Shown here: piece after piece, positions 40,609 to 52,800 of the stretch
Layout: every line of letters starts with the position of its first letter
Position numbering within the stretch: the stretch's first letter is position 1
DNA from: Meyerozyma guilliermondii
Lineage: Eukaryota
Assembly (NCBI GenBank): GCA_051546255.1
Contig: CP128815.1
Location: 62,001-126,000, forward strand
Reading direction: 5' to 3'
DNA: 64,000 nt
The notes under the pieces: generated by a model
Databases searched by the model: none
Told to the model about the DNA's origin: nothing
The model's input: only the letters and a program-made list of their open reading frames with translations
Made by a program: the position numbers and the translations under genes

Positions 40609-41766
40609 ATGAATGAGGATCTCATCAACAGTGCGGTGAGTTTTCTCAGCGACCCCAATGTGGCGTCGTCTCCATTGACCAAGAAAGTAGAGTTTTTGGA
40701 ATCCAAGGGTCTCAACCAGCAAGAAATCGAAGAAGCGTTGAACAGAGCCAATGCGAGTCATCTGACGACAATTACAACTGGGGTTTCTAGAGCGCCTACA
40801 GCACCTGAGCCACAACCACCTATTGACTACTACAACATGGCTCCTCCGCCTCTTCCGGAAAGAAGTTGGAAAGACTATTTTATCATGGCCACTGCTACTG
40901 CCGGAGTCACCTATGGGTTGTACCAAGTTGTCTCCAAGTACTTGATTCCCAGCATAATACCCCCTTCTCAGTCGTCCATTGAAGATGACAAGGCGAGGGT
41001 GGACGAGGAATTCATCAAAATTGACAAATTATTGGAACAGTTGTCTACCGATCAGAGCGACATCAAGGAGCAGAATGAGAGCAAATTGAAGGAAATTGAC
41101 GTAGTGATTGAAAATGTCAACGATTTCTTAGCCAAGTACAACAAGGACAAGCTCAGCTTTGACGATGATCTCAGGTTGATGAAATCAGAAATACAGAATT
41201 TGAAGAACAGTGTGGAGAAGAACATGGACATGACAAAGGACAGTGTCAAATTCGAGTTGTCTGAAATCACTGCTGAACTCGACTCCCTCAAACAACTTCT
41301 CCGTTCCCGTGGTGCCATCTCTTCTGAAACTAAGGGCGATGGTCCATCTAGAAAATTGGCTCCAGTATCCTCGATTCCTTCAGCCAGCGATATTTTGAAG
41401 CGAGCCAAAGAAAAGAAATCGGGCACAAAAGAGTCTGAGGCTTCGGAGAAGACCGCCAAGGAAGAGAACGGTTCCACGAAAAAGCCTGAAGTTGCTGAAG
41501 CTGCAAGCAACGAAAAATCTGAACCTTTCACTGCTCCCGGCATCACCAAACCAGTATCAGTGGGCGGGGTCACTGCCGCTGGAATCCCTGAGTGGCAGCT
41601 TAAAGACAAGGAAAAACAGCTTGAGGAGCCAAGTGCTTCGATTCCTAGCTGGCAACAACAGCAGAAGAATTCTAATGATATTGTGAAGGATAACATCGCC
41701 AACATTGGTGTTCCACTGTGGCAGCTCAATGCACAAAAGAACACCGAGGAAGAGGCAACACAGTAA
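40609..41766 (+). CDS. PEX14: Peroxisomal docking protein Pex14
   Basis: EDLINSAVSFLSDP.V..SPL.KKVEFLESKGL..EIEEAL; PPPLPERSWKDYFIMATAT; coiled coil; repeated IPxWQ. Confidence 0.95.
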   Translation: MNEDLINSAVSFLSDPNVASSPLTKKVEFLESKGLNQQEIEEALNRANASHLTTITTGVSRAPTAPEPQPPIDYYNMAPPPLPERSWKDYFIMATATAGVTYGLYQVVSKYLIPSIIPPSQSSIEDDKARVDEEFIKIDKLLEQLSTDQSDIKEQNESKLKEIDVVIENVNDFLAKYNKDKLSFDDDLRLMKSEIQNLKNSVEKNMDMTKDSVKFELSEITAELDSLKQLLRSRGAISSETKGDGPSRKLAPVSSIPSASDILKRAKEKKSGTKESEASEKTAKEENGSTKKPEVAEAASNEKSEPFTAPGITKPVSVGGVTAAGIPEWQLKDKEKQLEEPSASIPSWQQQQKNSNDIVKDNIANIGVPLWQLNAQKNTEEEATQ

Positions 41767-42231
41767 GTTGTTCATTCTCGAAGAGCAACCTTCTTTAATA
41801 TTGAATAAATTAACCAATTGCACTCATACTCTTTATAGCTACTCATCCTGTACCCTTCCCCACAAACCGGCCCGTCGAACGGGAGGCGCGAAAAATCTCG
41901 TCGAATCTTTGTAACATTACTTTACAGATCGGTGCCAGTTGCGAAGGGTCTAGTTAGAATTTCCGGTTCCCTTGGGTAATTCAAGCAGAAACAGGGCTCA
42001 TATAACGTTTCTGTTGATCCGGGTGCAACCATCAACCTTCTCTCGAGCCACAGACATTCTTTTTCATTTAGCTCATCTTGTTGTTTGGTTTCAATTTGTG
42101 GTGTCCGAGACATAATATCAATAACCACCTACGTTCTTTACTAGTATATCAGCTATCGGGATTGTATAATTGCAAAAGTTTTTAATTTTTTACTGTGTTC
42201 CATCAACTTTCCACTTAATTGGCTGTCTTTC

Positions 42232-43044
42232 ATGGGTTCCGAAAAGTCTTACAAAAAGACACTCGAGAAAGTGCCGTTTAATCTGCAGCTCGAGCTCATA
42301 GATCAGGCACTCGAGAACTATTCTCGAACGCAAGCGGCATCGTATACAAATGGAAATGGAAATAAGAATATTGGGTACTCTTATTCCCATCACAATAATA
42401 CGCAACAGCAACACGCCCAGCACAAGTACACGTTAGCCGCAGTGGCAGCTGCAGCGGCTGTTCAGCACCAGCAGCAGCAATCTTTCATCTTTCAGCAACA
42501 ACAACTGCAACAGCTCCAACAACATCAACACCAAAACAAGCCCCATCATCTCATCAATAATGCTTTAAATTCACAGCAGCAACCGCTGTTGTATAGACAG
42601 CCACAGCAGCATCAAAGCGGTGATTTCCACAGTCGTCTGTACTACAATTCTGATCCGGCGATGAACACTTCTTTTCATGATATTCAGGCGTACCAGAAGC
42701 CGTACGATTTCAGATCAGGTATGATGAGTGTGAATGACAGCAGCAACTCGGTGACAAATTCTCCCTTGTCAATGGACTTGATGAAATCAACCTCGTTCAC
42801 TTCAGGTGAAAATTCGATATCACCAATCGTGTTGCAGCCACAGAATTCAGCGAACTCAGTACGAAGCTCTCCGCCTGCGATGCCCCTCAGCACTAATTCT
42901 CCGGCTCCAACACTGCAGTTCTTATCGTCTGGTATGTCTACGCACAACCAATGGTCGGCGGGTCGGCAGTCGATCTGGGGACCGAACGGAAACTCAGCTA
43001 CGATTTCGAGTTCGCAGCCAGAAAGTTTTGGTAAAATTTGGTAG
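42232..43044 (+). CDS. Q/N/S/H-rich low-complexity protein of unknown function
   Basis: 270-aa ATG ORF with poly-Ala and poly-Gln tracts, standing alone in a 1.4-kb gap. Confidence 0.7.
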   Translation: MGSEKSYKKTLEKVPFNLQLELIDQALENYSRTQAASYTNGNGNKNIGYSYSHHNNTQQQHAQHKYTLAAVAAAAAVQHQQQQSFIFQQQQLQQLQQHQHQNKPHHLINNALNSQQQPLLYRQPQQHQSGDFHSRLYYNSDPAMNTSFHDIQAYQKPYDFRSGMMSVNDSSNSVTNSPLSMDLMKSTSFTSGENSISPIVLQPQNSANSVRSSPPAMPLSTNSPAPTLQFLSSGMSTHNQWSAGRQSIWGPNGNSATISSSQPESFGKIW

Positions 43045-43230
43045 TTTTATGGTGTTTGTATAATTACATTTGGATAGAAAGGAATAGGAAAATGGGGGAA
43101 TAAATGCTTGATTTATGGTGTAAAGTGTGTAATATATACATTGTAGCCAAAATTCGTGCCGTTATATAAGACCCCATAAATTCGCAGCTTACAGTTTAAT
43201 TTCGCAGCTTTTCAGATAATCGCTCTACTA

Positions 43231-46116
43231 ATGGCGGACACCATGGATCTCCACAAGCTCGTCAAGAACTCGGTTCGACGTAGCTTGCCTCCAAAATCAT
43301 TCCTATACCTATTCGAACAACTAGATCGTCGCCAACTGATTTCAGGAAAAGAATTGCATGAATATCTCATGAAATTCACCAACAAGCGAGCTTATGACAA
43401 CGCGGTTCAACAATATATACTTGTTGTTGCCTCATCCTCGTCCTCTAGAATGGAACAATTCTGGGTCAATTTGGTTGAGCTTGAACAAGAAGACCAGAAG
43501 AAGCATTTTCGTGGCTTGTACGATATGATAATATTGAAAAAACCTCAGCCTGTCGTCCCAGAATTAGTGTCTGACATCATAAATGTCCACTTCCCCAAAT
43601 ATTTCGAACAACTTGTTGCCAAGAATGCTACAGGAAATGCAGACTTGATCTCGCTTGCTTCAACTTTGTGGGCTACTCTTCTAGATGCATACTCAAGCTT
43701 GGTACAATCGGACAAGTTAAAGCTGTTCGTGATTTATATCATGGCGCACAAGAGATTTCTTAGAGAGGATGTCATGGAGTATTTGTTATACAAGTCACGT
43801 CCTGTTCTTCTGGCAAGTAACGTCGAGCTACCCAATGATAATCTAAACTCCAAAGATCTACCACTAGACTCCAATGCCTCAAACTCGCTAGTCAGACAAT
43901 TATCTGGACCGATAACTAACATGAAGAAAAACACAAGATTATTCGAAATCAAGAAGTATTTCTGGTTGTTGTCGAGTATGAAAAATTGGACATTTAACCA
44001 AGACAACTTTCTCAAGGACTATGAAAAATTCTGTATGTCCAAGTCCCAGAGCCATATTGTAAAGAAGTCGTATTCTTTGGTTTATGACATTACGCTTTCC
44101 ATGTTCAATGGATTTGCAGTTTCGCTCATATCTGACGAGCCACCATATGTTCTCTTCAACTGGAACAATTTCATAATCACGAGGCTCCCACATATACTTG
44201 CCTCAGTTAAGTTTCTTGCTTCAACATCTGATTCGTCAGATTCAAGTCAGGAAACTCTCGAAGACGCCATACTAAATGCTTTCAATGCCCTTAACGAGTC
44301 CACTGTGAAGGCGATAACTGCGTTGGACTCGAAAACGTTTTCATACACCGACTTACGCCAAGCTTTCATCAAGAGTTGCGTTTACAGTGGTATCCTTGCC
44401 GTACCATCGTTCCACAGATTTTTCCCCATGGAAGCGAGGACAACACAACAAATGTTGTCTCACGAAATGCATTCCTTCGGTAATATCGAATCGGTACAGA
44501 AGGGACTCGAGAAGACGCTCTTAAATATAAGCTGTGAATTTACTTCGCTTGAAGAGTCAGGATTGTACGAGTATATTCAATCGATACCAAAGCTCTTGAA
44601 GTACCTGAAATCAAAGCAAATCGAATTCACAAATGTGCTACTGACTATCTTTTCTCAATTGATAGAGAACAACGACGACGAAAAACTTTACAGGTTGTTG
44701 CTAACGCTCATGAACAATATCGAGGCAATGGAATTATTTGCATTCAATGCAAGCAGGGGTCCATTGGATGTAATCGAGAAATTGATCGTATTTCTTGACT
44801 CTAGCGAATGGGGTTCAGATGACGATAACTTTCAAGAGTCATATACTCATTTCGGCGTCATTCTATTGGGTATTATCAGCATGATCAACATATTTGCATT
44901 AGACTTCTCGCAAGTACTGGTGAAAACTTCGTTTACAAGTGATTATATCAACAATTTCTTCTACCGTTTATGTGACAACCTTTCGAACAGAGCCTCAACG
45001 ACTACCGAGGAAGAAACTACCATTGTCCAAAACTACAATAGTTTGTGTGCTGATTGGATAAATGCCCTTTTCGATGACACTAATGATGGTCTTCCAGACG
45101 ATCTCATTCGAGCCGTCCATGTGAAGCAAATCTATAAATTGATTCCCATTGTATTTCAGCAAGCGGTTACAGCGACAATTTCAAAGACGATTAACTTCAA
45201 GATTCTAACAAATGGCACTGACTATCTTTCGCAACCTTTTTTGATCCCTACTATGTTGAGCATAATCAAGTGGCTCTTATCGAGGATAGAGACTGTGGGT
45301 TTCGATGAAATCCACCTACAAACGTTGTATGAGTTGGTTAAAGCAAATTCCCGATCTGAGAACGAGGAAGCAAGTAATGAAAGTTTCCTCACGTTTCGAG
45401 GAGTCTTGCTTCTTGTTGGAAACGATATTGTTGCGACAATCAAGAAATTCCCCAAGTGGAGAGAGAATAAAGTGGCTGCGAAAACTTGTGAGCTTGTCAG
45501 CTCATGCATAACAATTCGACCAACGGTCGAAGACAAAAGTCCAATTCTTTCGGAAACCGACATGGGAGATCAACTCAAGACCTCGATTTTAAAAGTTGTT
45601 AAGGGCGAGGACGAACAGTTGAAAACTGTTGCGTCGGTTATACAACGTATTGAGACCAGTGCACTTATCAACTACCTTGAATCTGAGATTGCAATGTATG
45701 AAAAGTCTGTTAATAGCAGTGAAGATATACGGGTGTTTGTTCATCTAATTGTGTTTCTTCAGGTAACCAACACTATCAAAACCAACAGTGAGAGATCCTC
45801 GTGGCTCGCAATGTACGAAAATAATGCTGATAAGAAGTCATACCCTGGTGAGTTTGACAACTCTTTTAGCCCATCATTGGAATGGCACTATTCGAGTATT
45901 TTCAACAGCAATACCGACCACGACATGGATGATGACCTTTTTATGGAAGATGTTAAGAATGAGAATAATAAGATGTTGACGACAATTGTCCTTGAACAGA
46001 ACAAGAGTTCAGAGTTTTTATATCAGTTGCTGATAGCAAGAGATTCGACCATACTGAGGTTTCTTCATGAATTCACCAAAGATGAAATCAAAACATTTGT
46101 CACAGGAACTGTTTAG
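43231..46116 (+). CDS. NUT1: Mediator subunit Med5/Nut1
   Basis: 961-aa helical protein; WNNFIITRLP, EFTSLEES, DNFQESYTHFG.ILL, WINALFDD..GLPDDLI, YLSQPFL. Confidence 0.85.
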   Translation: MADTMDLHKLVKNSVRRSLPPKSFLYLFEQLDRRQLISGKELHEYLMKFTNKRAYDNAVQQYILVVASSSSSRMEQFWVNLVELEQEDQKKHFRGLYDMIILKKPQPVVPELVSDIINVHFPKYFEQLVAKNATGNADLISLASTLWATLLDAYSSLVQSDKLKLFVIYIMAHKRFLREDVMEYLLYKSRPVLLASNVELPNDNLNSKDLPLDSNASNSLVRQLSGPITNMKKNTRLFEIKKYFWLLSSMKNWTFNQDNFLKDYEKFCMSKSQSHIVKKSYSLVYDITLSMFNGFAVSLISDEPPYVLFNWNNFIITRLPHILASVKFLASTSDSSDSSQETLEDAILNAFNALNESTVKAITALDSKTFSYTDLRQAFIKSCVYSGILAVPSFHRFFPMEARTTQQMLSHEMHSFGNIESVQKGLEKTLLNISCEFTSLEESGLYEYIQSIPKLLKYLKSKQIEFTNVLLTIFSQLIENNDDEKLYRLLLTLMNNIEAMELFAFNASRGPLDVIEKLIVFLDSSEWGSDDDNFQESYTHFGVILLGIISMINIFALDFSQVLVKTSFTSDYINNFFYRLCDNLSNRASTTTEEETTIVQNYNSLCADWINALFDDTNDGLPDDLIRAVHVKQIYKLIPIVFQQAVTATISKTINFKILTNGTDYLSQPFLIPTMLSIIKWLLSRIETVGFDEIHLQTLYELVKANSRSENEEASNESFLTFRGVLLLVGNDIVATIKKFPKWRENKVAAKTCELVSSCITIRPTVEDKSPILSETDMGDQLKTSILKVVKGEDEQLKTVASVIQRIETSALINYLESEIAMYEKSVNSSEDIRVFVHLIVFLQVTNTIKTNSERSSWLAMYENNADKKSYPGEFDNSFSPSLEWHYSSIFNSNTDHDMDDDLFMEDVKNENNKMLTTIVLEQNKSSEFLYQLLIARDSTILRFLHEFTKDEIKTFVTGTV

Positions 46117-46419
46117 AGCACCTCATGAGAGCGAACGAGCCAGAGGTTGCAGCAAGATTTTGTTGTTCTGGAGTACCTTAGGTGGAGGAGAAGATTGACA
46201 GACAGTGGTCAAGCAGCTGCTAATTGAAGATGAAAAAAGTTACAGTAGCGGCAAGGCTGTATATCTCAAGTACTCTTACAATAAAAACCTCCATTACATT
46301 TACAAACGAAAGTGGTATTTTTCATCGCTTTAATTTGCAGCCAAATTGGTTCCGTCCTTCTCAAACCACTCCAAATTTTGGCTCGTTCTATATAATCTCA
46401 AGTATTGATCACATTCTAC

Positions 46420-46439
46420 ACTTTAGTGTACACTAAAGT
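46420..46439. repeat. Perfect 20-bp palindrome in the NUT1-POL3 intergenic region
   Basis: ACTTTAGTGTACACTAAAGT equals its own reverse complement. Confidence 0.9.
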
Positions 46440-46564
46440 ATACACTATTAACTTACCCCCAACACTACTTTACCATTACAAAGCTCTACGTGAACAACTG
46501 ACCATCGGCATCAGCACCCACCAGTCCTGTCTACAGAGTCCTCTGCAGGACTTCACGTCTTTAA

Positions 46565-46570
46565 ACGCGT
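46565..46570. promoter_or_regulatory. MCB element upstream of POL3
   Basis: ACGCGT about 20 bp upstream of the ATG of a G1/S gene. Confidence 0.6.
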
Positions 46571-46591
46571 GAGGTGTGTCAGCAGTAAGCC

Positions 46592-49500
46592 ATGTCTAAG
46601 CGTTTGCGTGAAACTGGCCAAGACCAGGCACATTCACTCCCCGTTGCCTCGCAGTCGCTCTCGTCTCAGGCTGAACTTCTTGAGTCACAAGAGGAAGCTC
46701 TCAAGAAAATTCGTCGTCCTAATGGAACAGAAGAGCCAAGTGAGTTCGAGCGTGAATTGCTTGATATGACCCAGGCGGTCAAGGAGGTGGGCCACGACGA
46801 AGACCAGAAGTGGGCCCGTCCCGACTTACCAGACTCGTTTGATCCTGAGCAAGAAGATGTTATATTCCAGCAGCTAGATGCCGAAGAAGTCAATAGTGGA
46901 GATCATACTATCGCACGTTTTTTTGGTGTCACAGCAGAGGGATATTCGGTTCTCTGTAATGTAACTGGCTTCCGTCACTACTTCTACATCCCGGTTCCTC
47001 GTGGCTTCATGCAAGACCGGCACTTGGACCAGTTTAAACTGTACTTATCAGCAAACTACATGGGGGTTTTGGACGTAGAGATCGCCAACAAAGAATCAAT
47101 TTGGGGGTACAACCAAAACGTAAAGACCCCATTTTTCAGAATATTTGTCGATAACTCAAGAAATATCACCAGATTGAGATCATCATTTGAACGTGGTGAA
47201 ATACAGTTCGAAAACCTCTTTCCATCCCAAAACGTCAGTTACGACAATATCAACTACCTCCTTCGTTTAATGGTGGATTGTAAAATAACAGGCATGTCCT
47301 GGATAACACTTCCCAAGGGCACATACGAAATGTGTCAACCACACCTTAAGAGCTCAAGATGTCAGATTGAATGTTCGGTGGATTATCGGCAGCTCATTTC
47401 ACATCCATCTGAAGGCGAGTGGTTGAAAATGGCTCCCCTTCGAATTCTTTCATTTGATATCGAATGTTCAGGTAGAAAAGGTATCTTTCCAGAAGCCCAA
47501 CATGATCCTGTTATCCAGATCGCTAACGTCGTACTGAAGTATGGAGAGCAAAGACCATTTATTCGTAACGTCTTTACTGTAAACACTTGTGCCTCTATCA
47601 TAGGGTCCCAGATATTAGAGCATAAAACAGAGGAGCAAATGTTACTTCATTGGAGGCAATTCATTGAAGAATCTGACCCAGATGTGATAATCGGGTATAA
47701 TACCACCAACTTTGATTTACCATATCTTTTGGATCGAGCAAACGCATTAGGTCTCAAAGAATTTCCATACTTCGGAAGATTAAAGAGTGTGAGACAAGAA
47801 GTGAAAGATTCTGTATTCAGCTCACGAGCTTACGGTACCAGAGAGAACAAAGTCGTTAACATCGATGGTAGAATGCAACTTGATTTGTTACAGTTTGTTC
47901 AAAGAGAATACAAGTTGAGATCCTACACATTGAACTCAGTATCGGCACATTTCTTAGGTGAACAGAAAGAAGATGTTCAACATACAATCATTTCCGATCT
48001 TCAGAATGGTACCCGAGAAACTCGTCGAAGATTAGCGGTCTACTGTTTGAAAGACGCCTACTTGCCAATGAGACTTCTTGAAAAACTTATGTGTCTTGTC
48101 AATTATACTGAAATGGCAAGAGTGACTGGTGTGCCGTTCTCTTACTTATTGGCTCGAGGACAACAAATCAAGGTCATCTCGCAGCTTTTCAGAAAATGCT
48201 TACAAGAGGATGTAGTGATTCCAAATATGAAAAGTGAGGGCACGAATGAGGAGTATGAGGGCGCAACGGTTATCGAACCTGTTAGAGGCTATTACGACGT
48301 ACCTATTGCTACGTTAGATTTTAGTTCGTTGTACCCTTCGATTATGATGGCACATAATCTCTGTTACACTACACTTTTGAGTAAAAACTCAATAGCCGCT
48401 TTCAATTTGTCTAAAGACGATTACACACTCACTCCAAACGGTGACTATTTTGTCAAAGAACATAAGCGTAAGGGTATCCTTCCAACAATTTTGCATGAAC
48501 TTATATCCGCGAGAAAGAAAGCCAAAGTCGACCTTAAAAACGAGACAGACCCATTCAGAAAGGATGTTTTGAACGGTCGTCAACTAGCATTGAAAATTTC
48601 AGCCAACTCCGTCTACGGTTTCACTGGTGCTACTATAGGTAAGTTGCCTTGTCTTGCGATTTCATCTTCTGTCACTGCTTTTGGACGTGTCATGATTGAA
48701 GAGACTAAAAATGAGGTCCAATCACGTTACACCACTGAAAATGGATACGATTACGATGCACAAGTTATTTATGGAGATACAGATTCGGTTATGGTAAAGT
48801 TCGGCCACCAAGACATCGAGACATGTATGAAATTAGGGGAAGAAGCTGCTAATTATGTCTCCCAAAAATTCAAGAACCCCATCAAGTTAGAGTTCGAGAA
48901 GGTTTACTTCCCCTACTTGTTGATTAACAAAAAGCGTTATGCTGGATTATATTGGACAAGACCTGAAAAGTTTGACAAAATGGATACAAAGGGAATTGAA
49001 ACTGTGCGTCGTGATAATTGTCGTCTTGTCCAAAACGTCATTACAAAGGTCTTGGAGTACATTTTGGAGGAACGCAATGTCGATAAAGCCGAACGATTCG
49101 TGAAACAAACTATCGCTGATTTATTGCAAAACAGAGTCGACCTTTCACAGCTAGTTATCACAAAGGCGTATTCCAAACACGAATATGCCGCAAAACAGGC
49201 CCATATTGAACTTGCTGAGAGAATGAAAAAGAGAGACCCTGGATCGGCTCCAACACTTGGAGACCGTGTGGCGTATGTCATTATTAATTCATCAAGCACC
49301 AAAAATTACGAAAAATCAGAGGATCCACTTTTTGTGTTGGAGAACTCGCTTCCAATTGACGTGAAGTATTACTTGGAGAACCAATTGGCGAATCCTCTTA
49401 TGCGTATCTTTGAGCCAATTCTAGGAGAAAGAAAAGCTAAAGATTTATTATCGGGAGCCCATACCAGAACTATAAAGATGTCAGCACCAAAGTCAGGAGG

Positions 49501-49819
49501 GCTCATGAGGTTTGCTAAAAAGGCAGAGCTCTGTAAAAATTGCAAATCGCCTTTGAAATCGTCAAATCACGGAGCACTCTGTGAAAATTGTATATCTATG
49601 GCACCCAAACTTTATGGAGGGGCAATTGCCCAGATGAATTACTTGGAAAACAAGTTCTCAAGATTGTGGACAGAATGTCAGAGATGTCAAGGCTCCTTAC
49701 ATCAAGAAGTTTTGTGCTCGAACAAAGATTGTCCTATATTTTACATGCGTAAGAAGGCACAAAAGGATGTTATGCAACAAGCTGCTGAGCTTGAAAAGTG
49801 GAATGAGACAGTGTGGTAG
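46592..49819 (+). CDS. POL3: DNA polymerase delta catalytic subunit
   Basis: Exo[35 protein letters not shown]-terminal CysA/CysB ([19 protein letters not shown]). Confidence 0.98.
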   Translation: MSKRLRETGQDQAHSLPVASQSLSSQAELLESQEEALKKIRRPNGTEEPSEFERELLDMTQAVKEVGHDEDQKWARPDLPDSFDPEQEDVIFQQLDAEEVNSGDHTIARFFGVTAEGYSVLCNVTGFRHYFYIPVPRGFMQDRHLDQFKLYLSANYMGVLDVEIANKESIWGYNQNVKTPFFRIFVDNSRNITRLRSSFERGEIQFENLFPSQNVSYDNINYLLRLMVDCKITGMSWITLPKGTYEMCQPHLKSSRCQIECSVDYRQLISHPSEGEWLKMAPLRILSFDIECSGRKGIFPEAQHDPVIQIANVVLKYGEQRPFIRNVFTVNTCASIIGSQILEHKTEEQMLLHWRQFIEESDPDVIIGYNTTNFDLPYLLDRANALGLKEFPYFGRLKSVRQEVKDSVFSSRAYGTRENKVVNIDGRMQLDLLQFVQREYKLRSYTLNSVSAHFLGEQKEDVQHTIISDLQNGTRETRRRLAVYCLKDAYLPMRLLEKLMCLVNYTEMARVTGVPFSYLLARGQQIKVISQLFRKCLQEDVVIPNMKSEGTNEEYEGATVIEPVRGYYDVPIATLDFSSLYPSIMMAHNLCYTTLLSKNSIAAFNLSKDDYTLTPNGDYFVKEHKRKGILPTILHELISARKKAKVDLKNETDPFRKDVLNGRQLALKISANSVYGFTGATIGKLPCLAISSSVTAFGRVMIEETKNEVQSRYTTENGYDYDAQVIYGDTDSVMVKFGHQDIETCMKLGEEAANYVSQKFKNPIKLEFEKVYFPYLLINKKRYAGLYWTRPEKFDKMDTKGIETVRRDNCRLVQNVITKVLEYILEERNVDKAERFVKQTIADLLQNRVDLSQLVITKAYSKHEYAAKQAHIELAERMKKRDPGSAPTLGDRVAYVIINSSSTKNYEKSEDPLFVLENSLPIDVKYYLENQLANPLMRIFEPILGERKAKDLLSGAHTRTIKMSAPKSGGLMRFAKKAELCKNCKSPLKSSNHGALCENCISMAPKLYGGAIAQMNYLENKFSRLWTECQRCQGSLHQEVLCSNKDCPIFYMRKKAQKDVMQQAAELEKWNETVW

Positions 49820-49896
49820 TTACGTAGCTTCGTTAAAGATACATTCTTACTATACAAAAAAGCACCTTGATTGCTTTGTAGCAGGATTTGATGTCC

Positions 49897-52800
49897 CTAA
49901 TCTAGATGTTCAAAACGAGATTCATCATCAATCTCCATCGGTTCTGCAGTTCCAGCCCTTGATCCGTAAGATAAGATACTTTCTGTTACCGACCTATTAT
50001 CATTTGACAATTGCCCTGGTCGACCGTGAGTTATAACATCGTTCGAATTTGTCTTCCTCATCTTGGGGCTATTCACCCTTGGCGATTCGACACCGGATGA
50101 GGGTGCGCTGCTTTGACCATAATTGTTTGGTGATACTACCCTACTATTGGGGCTTGAACTTATTGACAAGAAGTTCGACGCCGAATGGTCGTTGTTTTTG
50201 ATAGAACCCTTCTTCAAATTTTTGGCGAAATCAGATGTGCGATTGCTGTTATTCTGTTTGGACAATTCCTTCAATTGCTTGATGTTGTGGATGCACTTGC
50301 TGATGGTCTGCATCAACAACTTTGGCTTTAAGGGCTTCGATACATAATCGTCCATACCCTTAGCCAAAGATTTCTCTCTATCTCCCAACATGGCGTGTGC
50401 TGTTAATGCAATGATCGGTGTCCTGAAGCTGAGAGAATCAATTGGATTCGATCTCTTTTCCCATTGCCTTATCTTCTCGGTAGCTTCAAAACCTCCCATG
50501 ACAGGCATTTGTACATCCATAAGAACAACATCGTATTTGCTCTTTTGAATGGCTTCGAATGCTTCTAATCCATTCTCAACGACTTCCACCCTATGTCCTT
50601 GTTTTTCGAGGATTCTAACTGCTAACTTTTGGTTAACTAAGTTGTCTTCCGCCAAAAGAATCTTGTAAGACACAGATTCATCGGTATTTTGGGAAATTGA
50701 CCTCAGCTCAAGAGCAGGAATTATGGCACTGGCCAAATCGGTAATGGTGCAAGGCGTGTTACCATAAGATGAGATCCCTAGATCAATGCATACTCTCATA
50801 TTCAATTCAGGAATGGAGTGATGTAAAAGAACGAGGGGGATGTATTTCACTTCTGGAAGTAGCCTCAACTCCTTGGCCGTTGCGATGGAGTCGATCATAA
50901 TAATGTCGTACTTGACCGGATCAGTTAAGTTGGCTTCACTTGTGTTACCAACAATAACAGGGATTAATCCCAATTCGATGATACCATTCTTAATTTCGGC
51001 CAATTCTTCCTCGCTATGTTCCGTGGAAACAAATAGTATGTAGTGAGAACTGAATGGGAGAAGCTGCTCCGTTTGCCGCGTATATCTAATATTGGAAGGT
51101 GAAACACTCACAGTGAAGTAAAAGTTCGAACCAGAACCGTAATCAGAAGTGACCCAAATTTCACCACCCATCAACAAAATCAATTGTTTAGAAATAGACA
51201 AACCCAAACCAGTTCCACCAAACTTTCTTGTTGTTGAGCCATCTGCCTGGCAGAATGTGTCGAAGATGAGTCCTAGTTTATCCTTCTCAATACCAATACC
51301 AGTATCACTAACGCACACTTCGAGGAGCAATTTATCCGAATCTTCCACAACCTTTGAAGACTTCTTCACACTCACACTGACTTTACCTTGTTTGGTAAAC
51401 TTTATAGCGTTTCCAGCCAAATTAAGAATGACCTGCCTCAATCTGAAAGAATCACCTATCAAGTTATCTGGAAATGAAGAATCGCATTGGTAGGTTAAAT
51501 CCAAAGATTTCTCAATGGCTTTCACGGCTAAAGTCTTTAAGGCACCGAACACAGTTCCTCTTAAAGAAAAGTCAATTTGTTCGACCGTCATCCTGTTCGC
51601 TTCAATCTTGGAGATATCCAAAATGTCATCAATAATGGTCAATAAAGAGTTGGCCAAATTGTGAACAATCGAGAGCATTTCTCTTTGATATTGCGTTAAC
51701 TCGGTATCGAGAGAAAGCTGGGTCATTCCGATTATACCGTTCAATGGTGTTCGAATTTCGTGGGACATATTGGCTAAGAATTCCGACTTGGCACTGTTGG
51801 CCAATTCGGCCGCTTCTCTGGCTGCCGTATTTCTTTGAATAGACTCTCTCAAGTTCAAAACCATTTGATTAATCTTTGTCTTCAATGCGTCCATTTCTCC
51901 ACTTGCTTCAACAGTAATGAACCTTGTAAAATCACCATCAGTAGCGGCCGCTGTAATCTGAGCAAATGCTCTCACTTGCGAGGTCAAGTTAGAAGCCATA
52001 GTATTCACATTGGAGGTAATTTCTTTCCATAAACCATCAACGTCGCTAACTTGTGCTTGAATACCCAACTTACCATTAATACCGACATCTCGGGCAACCT
52101 TAGACACTTCGGATGCGAAAAGTTGCAAAGAGTCCACCATCTTATTGATCGTGTTCTTGAGTTGAAGAATTTCTCCCTGAGCATGCACATCGATCTTTTG
52201 CGATAAATCACCATGGGCGACAGCTGTGGTCACCGTGGCAATGGAACGCACTTGATTGGTCAAATTGGTAGCCATCAAATTGACATTTTCAGTGACAGCT
52301 TTCCAAGCACCTTCCACATCCTGAACGTTGGCTTGACCTCCTAGAATGCCTAGAGTTCCAACCTCGCGAGACAATGTGGTAACCTCCAAAGCAAAATTTT
52401 GCAATCGATCCACCATTTGATTAATTGTGAGTTTAAGATTCAAAATTTCACCTTTACAGTCCGCTGTCACCTTCTTTGAAAGGTCACCTTTGGCCACCGC
52501 TGTGGTAACATTTGCAATATTTCTCACCTGTGTCGTTAAATTCAAAGCCATGGCATTCACATTATCAGTTAATTCTTTCCAGATACCCTCCACGTTTCCA
52601 ATGAGGGCTTGTCCACCCAAGATACCCAAGACACCAACATCTCTGGCGACCTTCGATACTTCAAAGGCAAACGTTCTCAATTGATCCACCATCGAGTTGA
52701 TGGTCATTTGCAATTGTAAGATTTCTCCCTGGGCATGCACATTGATTTTTCTCGACAAATCACCTCTTGCGACCGCACGAGTGACATCGGCAATTTCACG

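Noticed and set aside
41052..41744. 230-aa ORF antisense to PEX14 (likewise 38616-39374 opposite BUB1 and 9514-10086 opposite SLD2)
   Set aside because: Antisense shadows of well-supported genes, with skewed S/F/L composition and no independent signals
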